DNA from: Vulcanimicrobiota bacterium
GTDB lineage: Bacteria > Vulcanimicrobiota > Vulcanimicrobiia > Vulcanimicrobiales > Vulcanimicrobiaceae
Direction of reading: 5' to 3'
Assembly (NCBI GenBank): GCA_003133025.1
Contig: PKZK01000037.1
Span: 1-6,140, forward strand
DNA length: 6,140 nucleotides
Both the position numbers and the translations under genes were made by a program. Positions 1 to 6,140 of the stretch are shown piece after piece (positions within the stretch are counted from its first letter, which is position 1; the number at the start of each line of letters is the position of its first letter). Under the pieces are notes generated by a model, which worked only from the letters and a program-made list of their open reading frames with translations, made no database searches and was not told the origin of the DNA.

Positions 1-1
1 C

Positions 2-1141
2 GTCGAGGATACGCTCGCGGCCTACCTCGCGCTCGCGCGGCTCGCGCGCGCCCGGGTGCGCGGTCCGGTCGTGGCCATCAGCGGTTCGACCGGCAAGACG
101 ACGACGAAGCAGTTTCTCGTGCGCGCGCTCGAAGCGGCCGGCATCCCCGCGATCGCGACGCCGGAGAACGAGAACAACGAGATCGGCGTCGCGAAACTGC
201 TGCTCGGGGTCCCGGGCGACGCGCGCTTCGTCGTCGTCGAACTCGGCGCGCGGCACGCGGGCGAGATCGCGCCGCTCGCGCTCGCCGCGCGTCCCGAAAC
301 CGCACCGCTCACGAACGTCGGCGAAGCGCACCTCGAAGTGTTCGGCTCGCGCGCGCAGCTCGCGGCGACGAAGTGGGGCATCTTCGCCTCGGGCGCGCGC
401 CGCGTCCTCAACGTTGCGGACGAAACCTCGCGTGCGTTCGCGGAGCGCGACGGCCTGCCCGCGACGTGGTTCGGCGTGTCGGCCGACGCCGAAGCGCCGC
501 GCGGCGAAACCGCGCTCGTGCTCGACGGTCGCGACGAACTGCGCCTCCGCGTTCCGGGTCATCCGGAACGCACGTTCCGTACCGGCACCGGCATCCGGTT
601 CGGCGGCGACCACAACCTCGCGAACGCGGCGGCCGCGGCCGCCGCCGCATTCGATCTCGGACTCGAACCGGCCACGATCGCCGCGGCCCTCGGAACGCTC
701 GCGCTGCCCGCGGGTCGCTACGAACGTTCGAGCGTGGCCGGCTTCGACGTGATCTACGATGCGTACAACGCGTCGATGTCGGGCGCGCTCGCCACGCTCG
801 CCACGTTCGCGCGCGAGCGGGCCGAGCGGCGAATCGTCGTGCTCGGCAGCATGGCCGAGCTCGGTCCCGAGGCGCCCCAGATGCACCGCCGCGTGGGCGC
901 GGCGGTGGCTGCGCTCGACGTGGGCGCGCTGCTGGTCGGCGGCGATTTCGCCGAGGATTTGGCCGCCGGCGCGCGCGCCGCGGGCGTGCCGCCCGAGCGC
1001 ATCACCGAATTCGCCGACAACGCCGCCGCGCTCGAGTGGCTGCGCGCCAACGTGCGCGCCGGCGATCTGCTCTTGCTCAAAGCCTCGCGGCGCTATCGGC
1101 TCGAAGAGATCCTCAGCGGTCTCGAGGCGGCGCATGTCTGA
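2..1141 (+). CDS. murF: UDP-N-acetylmuramoyl-tripeptide--D-alanyl-D-alanine ligase MurF (5'-partial; the frame is open from the window edge, so the track start at 56 is an internal GTG)
   Basis: The frame from nt 2 reads VEDTLAAYLALARLARARVRGPVVAISGSTGKTTTK (Mur-ligase P-loop). It continues with the MurF-type motifs NNEIG, ELGARHAGEI, TNVGEAHLEVFGS, HNLANA, GR..., DAYNA, VLGSMAELG...MH and GDLLLLKASR. Stop is TGA 1139-1141. Its position upstream of mraY-murD-ftsW-murG is the canonical dcw order. Confidence 0.95.
   Translation, partial: VEDTLAAYLALARLARARVRGPVVAISGSTGKTTTKQFLVRALEAAGIPAIATPENENNEIGVAKLLLGVPGDARFVVVELGARHAGEIAPLALAARPETAPLTNVGEAHLEVFGSRAQLAATKWGIFASGARRVLNVADETSRAFAERDGLPATWFGVSADAEAPRGETALVLDGRDELRLRVPGHPERTFRTGTGIRFGGDHNLANAAAAAAAAFDLGLEPATIAAALGTLALPAGRYERSSVAGFDVIYDAYNASMSGALATLATFARERAERRIVVLGSMAELGPEAPQMHRRVGAAVAALDVGALLVGGDFAEDLAAGARAAGVPPERITEFADNAAALEWLRANVRAGDLLLLKASRRYRLEEILSGLEAAHV
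1124..1130 (+). promoter_or_regulatory. Probable ribosome-binding site for the CofE-like gene, embedded in the 3' end of murF
   Basis: GAGGCGG lies at 1124-1130, with its GAGG core ending 6 nt before ATG 1134. Confidence 0.5.
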
Positions 1142-1859
1142 GGCGGTGCTGGTCGTCGGCCGTCCCGCGCTCGCGTCGCGCGCGCCCTTCGCGGGCGAAG
1201 CGCGCGCGATCCCGGTGCGCACGCGCTTGATCGATCGCGGCGACGACGTCGCTGCGCTGGTCGCCGCCGCCGTCGCGGGCATCGCGAGCGGCGACGACGT
1301 GGTCTGCGTCTCCGAAACCGCAGTCGCGATCGCGCAGGGCCGCGCGATCGCCGCCGAAACGATCCGGCCGAGCCGGCTGGCCTACGTGCTCTCGCGGCGC
1401 GCGGGCGCCTTGGCCACGATCAATCAACCCGAATCGTTGCAACTGGTGATCGATCAAGTCGGTGCGTGGAAAGTGATCGTGGCCGCGGCCGCGCACGTCG
1501 CCGGCCGCTTGGCCGGGCGCCGCGGCGTCTTCTATTCGATGCTGGGCGAGGCGATCGCGACCATCGACGGTTACACCGGCACGTTGCCGCCGTTCGAACG
1601 CACGATCGTGCTCGGTCCGGCCGATCCCGACGGCGTCGCGCGCGACATCGCGGCGCGCTGCGGCGCGCAAGCGACGATCGTCGACGCCAACGATCTGGGC
1701 ATCGCCAAGGTGCTCGGAGCGTCGGCGCGCGTCGAGCGCGACGCGGTCGCGCGCGCGTTGCGCAGCAACCCGCACGGCAACGGCGACGAGCAGACGCCGA
1801 TCGTCGTGCTCAAGTGGCGCGGCGCCGCGCCCAGCCCGTTTGCGGCGGTGGCCGCATGA
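1134..1859 (+). CDS. CofE-like (coenzyme F420-0:L-glutamate ligase family, F420_ligase fold) putative GTP-dependent amide ligase, 241 aa; substrate unknown
   Basis: ATG 1134 overlaps the murF stop, and TGA 1857-1859 overlaps the mraY ATG. The protein begins MSEAVLVVGRP and shows the CofE motif series in the expected order: IPVRTRLIDRGDDVAALV, DDVVCVSETAVAIAQGR (SET at 1311), IATIDG (ID at 1563), IVLGPADPDGVARDI, IVDANDLG (VD at 1680) and NPHGNGDEQTPIVVLK (1767-). Codon usage is GC3-rich like the neighbouring genes. The track's 759 start is an extension overlapping murF. Confidence 0.85.
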   Translation: MSEAVLVVGRPALASRAPFAGEARAIPVRTRLIDRGDDVAALVAAAVAGIASGDDVVCVSETAVAIAQGRAIAAETIRPSRLAYVLSRRAGALATINQPESLQLVIDQVGAWKVIVAAAAHVAGRLAGRRGVFYSMLGEAIATIDGYTGTLPPFERTIVLGPADPDGVARDIAARCGAQATIVDANDLGIAKVLGASARVERDAVARALRSNPHGNGDEQTPIVVLKWRGAAPSPFAAVAA

Positions 1860-2818
1860 ACGCGCTCGTGCAATTGGCCTTACTGTTCATCGCAACGTTC
1901 GCGCTGACGCTGCTCGCCGGCGGTCCGCTGATCGCCTTGCTCAAACGTGCCTCGCTGCGGCAGCACGCCTACGAAGACGCGCCCAAGACGCACGCCAAGA
2001 AGACCGGCACGCCGACGATGGGCGGCCTGCTCTTTCTGCTGGGCCTCGTGCTCGCGGTGCTTTGGCATCCCGACGCGCAGACTGCGGGGTTGGTGTTGCT
2101 CGGCGTGCTCTGCGGCGCCATCGGTTTCGTCGACGATCTGCGTTCGATCCGGCAAGGGCGCAATCGCGGCTTGGGCGCGCGCGACAAGTTTGCGCTGACC
2201 GCCGTCGCGGGCGCGATCTATCTGGCGCTGGCTACGTGGGCCGTGCCCGACGAAGCGCGGGGTGCGCTGCTCTCGTTCGGCGCATCGCACTGGTACGTGC
2301 CGATGTGGGCATGGGACGGCTTGGGTCTGGCCGCCATCGTGGCCACCACGCATGCGGTCAATCTCACCGACGGTCTCGACGGACTCGCGGCCGGCACGAT
2401 CCTCTCACCGCTGGCGGTCTTCGCCTGGCTCGGCTGGCGTGCGGGCACCACCGGCGTCACCTCCGTCGACGTCGCGCTCGGCGCGGCGACCCTCGGCTTT
2501 CTCGTCTTCAACCGTCACCCGGCCCGTGTGTTCATGGGCGATACGGGCGCGCTCGCGCTCGGCGGCATCCTCGCGGGCAGCGCGCTCGCAACCGGTAATG
2601 TCCTCTTACTCCCTCTCGTCGGCGGCGTTTTCGCTGCCGAGACCATCTCGGTGATCTTGCAAGTGGCCTCCTACAAGACGATTCACAGACGCATCTTCCG
2701 CATGAGCCCGCTGCACCATCATTTCGAATTAGGCGGCTGGCCCGAAACCAAAGTCACTCGTCGCTTCTGGACCGCGTCGGCGTTGCTCTCGCTCGCCGGC
2801 GCGGCGCTCGCGCGATGA
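1856..2818 (+). CDS. mraY: Phospho-N-acetylmuramoyl-pentapeptide transferase MraY, 320 aa
   Basis: ATG 1856 is in an ATGA overlap and is preceded by GGCGGTGG at 1844-1851. The product is a polytopic membrane protein with KKTGTPTMGG, IGFVDD, AVNLTDGLDGLA, FNRHPARVFMGDTG, SVILQV and RIFRMSPLHHHFELGGWPETKV. The track's 1466 start is spurious. Confidence 0.97.
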   Translation: MNALVQLALLFIATFALTLLAGGPLIALLKRASLRQHAYEDAPKTHAKKTGTPTMGGLLFLLGLVLAVLWHPDAQTAGLVLLGVLCGAIGFVDDLRSIRQGRNRGLGARDKFALTAVAGAIYLALATWAVPDEARGALLSFGASHWYVPMWAWDGLGLAAIVATTHAVNLTDGLDGLAAGTILSPLAVFAWLGWRAGTTGVTSVDVALGAATLGFLVFNRHPARVFMGDTGALALGGILAGSALATGNVLLLPLVGGVFAAETISVILQVASYKTIHRRIFRMSPLHHHFELGGWPETKVTRRFWTASALLSLAGAALAR

Positions 2819-4215
2819 ACGGCAACATCGGCGGCTTCGACGCGCGCGAGCGGGTGCTCGTCATCGGCCTCGGCCGCAGCGGCTTGGCCAGTTGCGCGGT
2901 TTTGCGCGCGCGCGGCGCGAGCGTCTATGCGACCGACGAAAAGGATCCGGCGGCGCTGGCCGACGCGCGGGCCGCAATCGAACGCGCCGGCGTGCGCTTC
3001 GTGCCGCCGGGCGATCTCGAAAAGGTCGCGGGCGAACTGACCTCGGCCGTGCTTTCGCCGGGCATTCCGCTCAACGGGTCGCTCGTGCGCCGCGTGCAGG
3101 CCGCGCGCATTCCGGTCTTCAGCGAGATCGAGGTCGCGTACCGCATCTGCAAGGCGCCGATCGTGGCGCTCACCGGCACGAAGGGCAAGACGACCACGAC
3201 CGCGTTGATCGGCGAACTCTTCCGTCACGCCGGGTTCACCACGCACGTCGGCGGCAACATCGGCAACGCGCTGATCACGGAGACGGCCGTCGCCGAGCCC
3301 GAAGATTGGGTCGTGGCCGAGGTCTCGTCGTTCCAGCTCGAGTCGATCCGCTCGTTCAAGCCGCGCATCTCGACGATCCTCAACATCTCGCCCGATCATC
3401 TCGATCGCTACCATTCGATGGACGAGTACGCCGAAGCGAAGTTCCGCATCTTCGCCAACCAGAGTGCCGGCGACGCGTTCGTGGGCAACCTCGACGATCC
3501 GATCGTCGGCGCGCTGGCCGATCCCGAAGCCGGCAACCGCATTCCCTGTCGCGCGTATTGGTTCGGCCGCACGCCGCGGCGTCTCACGACGCTCTACGTG
3601 CGCAACGAACGGATCACGTACGCGCCGCCCAGCGGCGATCCGCGGCCGGTCGAAGTGATGCCGCTCGACGAGATCCCCTTGCTCGGCGCGCACAACGTGG
3701 CCAACGTGATGGCCGCGGTGCTCGTGGGCCTGACCGCGGGCATCGCGCCCGACGTGCTGCGAGCGGGCGTGCGCGCGTTCCGGCCTTTGCCGCACCGTCT
3801 GCAGACGGTGGCCGAGGTCGACGGAGTGATCTACGTCGACGATTCGAAATCGACCAATCCCGGCTCGGTGATCGCCGCGCTCGAGACGTTCGACGCGCCG
3901 ATCGTGCTCATCGCCGGCGGCCGCGCCAAAGGCACCGACTTCGCCGCGATGGGCGAGGTCGTGAAGAAGCGGGCCAAGGCCGTCGTGCTGATCGGCGAAG
4001 CGGCCGACGAGATCTCGAGCGTCGTCGATCCGGCACGCACCGCGCGGGCGGCTTCGATGGACGAGGCGGTCGCAATCGCGCGCGCGCTCGCGACGTCGGG
4101 CGACGTCGTGTTGCTCTCGCCGGGCTGCGCTTCGTTCGACATGTTCGGTTCGGCCGAAGCGCGCGGCGACGCGTTCGCGCGCGCCGCCTCGGCGCAAGCG
4201 GTGGCGCATGGTTAG
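2815..4215 (+). CDS. murD: UDP-N-acetylmuramoyl-L-alanine--D-glutamate ligase MurD, 466 aa
   Basis: Motifs are VLVIGLGRSG, LSPGIP, SEIE, P-loop TGTKGKTTTT, GGNIG, EVSSFQLE, LNISPDHLDRY, HNVAN, LPHRLQ, DDSKSTN, LIAGGRAKG and LLSPGCASFDMF. The start is in an ATGA overlap with mraY, and the stop is TAG 4213-4215. Confidence 0.97.
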   Translation: MNGNIGGFDARERVLVIGLGRSGLASCAVLRARGASVYATDEKDPAALADARAAIERAGVRFVPPGDLEKVAGELTSAVLSPGIPLNGSLVRRVQAARIPVFSEIEVAYRICKAPIVALTGTKGKTTTTALIGELFRHAGFTTHVGGNIGNALITETAVAEPEDWVVAEVSSFQLESIRSFKPRISTILNISPDHLDRYHSMDEYAEAKFRIFANQSAGDAFVGNLDDPIVGALADPEAGNRIPCRAYWFGRTPRRLTTLYVRNERITYAPPSGDPRPVEVMPLDEIPLLGAHNVANVMAAVLVGLTAGIAPDVLRAGVRAFRPLPHRLQTVAEVDGVIYVDDSKSTNPGSVIAALETFDAPIVLIAGGRAKGTDFAAMGEVVKKRAKAVVLIGEAADEISSVVDPARTARAASMDEAVAIARALATSGDVVLLSPGCASFDMFGSAEARGDAFARAASAQAVAHG

Positions 4216-5323
4216 GGAAGAGCAGATCGGCGTCCGGCCCGGGCCGGACGCGGTGCTCGTCGGTGCGGTCGCCACGCTCGTCGCGCTCGGCCTGGTCATG
4301 GTCTTCAGCGCATCGAGCACGCAGGCCGTGGCCGAACTCCACGACGGCGCGTATTATTTCAAGCGCCAACTGATCATGCTCGTGGTCGCGCTGACCGCGG
4401 GATACGTCGCCTATCGCATCGACTATCGCAAACTGCGGCCGCTCGCGCCGGTGGCGCTGGGCGTGAGTTTCCTGATGCTGGCCCTGGTGCTCGTGCCCCA
4501 CATCGGCGTGCAGATCGCGGGCGCGCGCCGCTGGATCGGCATCGGACCGTTCGGCTTTCAGCCGTCGGAGTTCGCCAAGCTCGGGCTGATCGTTTATTTA
4601 GCCGCGGCGCTGGCGAGCAAGGGCGATCAGATCCGCTCCTTGACGCGCGGCGTCGTGCCGATCACGATCGTCAGCGCGGGGCTCGCGGTGCTGGTGCTGC
4701 GCGAGCCCGACTTCGGCACGGCCAGCCTCTTCGCACTGACCGCCGCCGCGCTGATGTTTGCCGCAGGCGCGCGGATCGTGCACTTGATCATGGTCGGCGC
4801 GGTCACCGTTCCCTTCGCCGCCTTCGTGATCGCGCACGACGCGTACAAGCGCAACCGCATCCTGGCCTTCTTGAACCCGTGGCCGCACGCCAAGAACGAA
4901 GGCTTTCAGATCGTCCAGTCGCTGCTCGCGCTGGGCAGCGGCGGCCCGTTCGGGCGCGGCATCGGCTTCTCGCGTCAGAAATTCTTCTGGCTGCCCGAGG
5001 CACACACCGACTTCATCGGCGCGATCATCGGCGAGGAACTGGGCTTCGTGGGCATGCTCGCGATCGTCGTGCTGTTCGTCGCCTTCGCCTATCGCGCCGC
5101 GCGCATCGCGCTCGGCGCGTCCGACCGTTTCGGCTTCTTTCTGGCGCTGGGCTGCATGTCGATGATCTTGATCCAAGCCTTCATCAGCATCGGCGTGGTG
5201 ACCGCATCGTGGCCGGTGACGGGCGTGCCGTTGCCCTTCATCTCGTTCGGAGGTTCGTCGCTGATCGTTTCGGTCGTGGCGGTCGCGCTCGTCGCGAACG
5301 TGGGCCGCAGCCGGCGGCAATAG
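4208..5323 (+). CDS. ftsW: SEDS-family peptidoglycan glycosyltransferase FtsW, 371 aa
   Basis: A hydrophobic polytopic protein with GLVMVFSAS, GARRWI, FQPSEFAK, EPDFGT, QSLLALGSGG, QKFFWLPEAHTDFI (catalytic Asp retained), GEELGFVG and PVTGVPLPFISFGGSS. Its location between murD and murG favours ftsW over rodA. Confidence 0.95.
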   Translation: MVREEQIGVRPGPDAVLVGAVATLVALGLVMVFSASSTQAVAELHDGAYYFKRQLIMLVVALTAGYVAYRIDYRKLRPLAPVALGVSFLMLALVLVPHIGVQIAGARRWIGIGPFGFQPSEFAKLGLIVYLAAALASKGDQIRSLTRGVVPITIVSAGLAVLVLREPDFGTASLFALTAAALMFAAGARIVHLIMVGAVTVPFAAFVIAHDAYKRNRILAFLNPWPHAKNEGFQIVQSLLALGSGGPFGRGIGFSRQKFFWLPEAHTDFIGAIIGEELGFVGMLAIVVLFVAFAYRAARIALGASDRFGFFLALGCMSMILIQAFISIGVVTASWPVTGVPLPFISFGGSSLIVSVVAVALVANVGRSRRQ

Positions 5324-6140
5324 TGAGGTTGCTGCTGACGGGCGGCGGCACCGGCGGTCACGTATATCCGGCGCTTGCGATCGCCGAGGCGCTCGCGGGC
5401 GACCTCGCGCTGCAACCTCTCGACGTGCTCTTCGTGGGCACGCGCGGCGGCTTGGAGAGCGAGATCGTGCCCGCAGCCGGGGTGCGCGCGGAGTTCGTCA
5501 GCGCCGCGCCGCTGTTGCGCACGCTCTCGCCCGCGCTGCTGCGCACGTTCTTCGCCAACGCACGCGGTTTCGTGCAGTCGCTGGGTTTGCTGCACCGCTT
5601 CAAACCCGACCTCGCGATTGCGACCGGCGGCTACGTGACCTTTCCGGTGATCGCCGCCTTACGCGCGGTGCGCACGCTACGCCTCTCGCGCGCGAAGATC
5701 GCGCTGCTCGAACCCAACGCGGAGCCGGGCCTGACCAACCGGCTCTTGGGTCCGCTCGTCGACGAGATCTGGACGGCGCTGACGCCGGCGGGCGCGCCGA
5801 AGACGGTCGCAACCGGAACGCCGGTGCGCGCGTCGTTCGTGCAGCCGATCGAGCCTGCAGCCGCGCGCGTCGCGCTCGGCCTCGACCCGGGGTTGACCAC
5901 GGTCGTCGTCTTCGGCGGGAGTCAGGGCGCCCGCTCGCTCAACGACGCCTTCGTCGAGGTCGCGGCCACGTTAGCCCCGGAGCGCCAACTCTTGCTGGTC
6001 ACCGGCGCGCGCGATTACGAGGCCGTCGCGCAACGCGTGCGCGGCCTGCCCCGGGTGCTCGCCTTGCGCTACCTCGCGGATCCGCGCGCCGCCTATGCGG
6101 CCGCGGATCTGGTCGTCGCGCGGGCCGGCGCATCGACGCT
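5323..6140 (+). CDS. murG: Undecaprenyl-PP-MurNAc-pentapeptide GlcNAc transferase MurG (3'-partial; absent from the ORF track because it runs off the window)
   Basis: GTG 5323-5325 shares one base with the ftsW TAG. Manual translation gives MRLLLTGGGTGGHVYPALAIAEAL...LFVGTRGGLE...KPDLAIATGGYVTFP...LLEPNAEPGLTNR...TGTPVR...VVVFGGSQGARSLN...AYAAADLVVARAGAST, with no stop before the window end. Confidence 0.96.
   Translation, partial: MRLLLTGGGTGGHVYPALAIAEALAGDLALQPLDVLFVGTRGGLESEIVPAAGVRAEFVSAAPLLRTLSPALLRTFFANARGFVQSLGLLHRFKPDLAIATGGYVTFPVIAALRAVRTLRLSRAKIALLEPNAEPGLTNRLLGPLVDEIWTALTPAGAPKTVATGTPVRASFVQPIEPAAARVALGLDPGLTTVVVFGGSQGARSLNDAFVEVAATLAPERQLLLVTGARDYEAVAQRVRGLPRVLALRYLADPRAAYAAADLVVARAGAST

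Larger units (their letters stand above)
1..6140 (+). other. Internal part of a dcw operon (murF-[CofE-like]-mraY-murD-ftsW-murG), with all genes overlapping
   Basis: Six co-oriented genes with no intergenic bases, in canonical dcw order except for the inserted gene. Confidence 0.95.

Noticed and set aside
626..649. GCG/GCC run encoding eight alanines in murF
   Set aside because: It corresponds to the Ala-rich helix after the conserved HN..N motif of Mur ligases, with mixed codons. It is not a contingency repeat.
759..1133. N-terminal extension of the CofE-like ORF (366-aa track call)
   Set aside because: It lies out of frame inside murF and is low-complexity Arg/Pro/Ser-rich. ATG 1134 has an RBS-like site and a stop/start overlap.
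1466..1855. N-terminal extension of mraY (450-aa track call), or a CofE-MraY fusion
   Set aside because: It is Arg-rich off-frame translation of the CofE-like gene. The two genes are in different frames joined by a standard ATGA overlap.
1134..1859. Assigning the symbol cofE/fbiB and inferring F420 biosynthesis
   Set aside because: No other F420 genes are in view, there is no FbiB nitroreductase domain, and the motifs differ from canonical CofE. Only family-level membership is supported.
2815..4215. MurD2/MurL (L-Glu plus epimerase) alternative pathway
   Set aside because: The D-Glu-binding motifs DSKSTN and SPGCASFDMF are canonical, and the inserted gene does not resemble MurL.
2719..4320. 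Long antisense ORF (533 aa) opposite murD, and similar ones at 1113-1775, 1880-2353 and 4598-5320
   Set aside because: These are shadow ORFs expected in high-GC coding DNA. They have no recognisable motifs and fully overlap conserved genes.
2892..4373. Same-strand alternative-frame ORFs (493 aa here; also 373-1230 and 1840-2598)
   Set aside because: They are extremely Arg/Gly/Ala-rich translations caused by stop-codon scarcity in GC-rich DNA.
1..6140. Short GC palindromes (GCGCGC, GCGATCGC, TCGA) as repeats, hairpins or terminators
   Set aside because: All are within coding sequence and explained by codon bias. There is no regular spacing, U-tract or intergenic space.

Overview
This high-GC window is an internal stretch of a bacterial dcw (division and cell wall) operon, entirely on the + strand with no intergenic DNA. 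The gene order is murF (5'-truncated, <2-1141), an inserted 241-aa CofE/F420-0:gamma-glutamyl-ligase-family gene (1134-1859), mraY (1856-2818), murD (2815-4215), ftsW (4208-5323) and murG (5323->6140, 3'-truncated, missing from the ORF track). Every junction is a start/stop overlap of 8, 4, 4, 8 or 1 nt. The one non-canonical element is the CofE-like amide ligase between murF and mraY, a position normally without an extra gene. It is a candidate peptidoglycan-precursor-modifying enzyme, which is an inference and not shown by the sequence. MurF, MraY, MurD and MurG each carry substitutions in normally conserved motifs. No mobile elements, RNA genes, CRISPR arrays or terminators were seen. All family assignments come from motif recognition by eye, not database searches.
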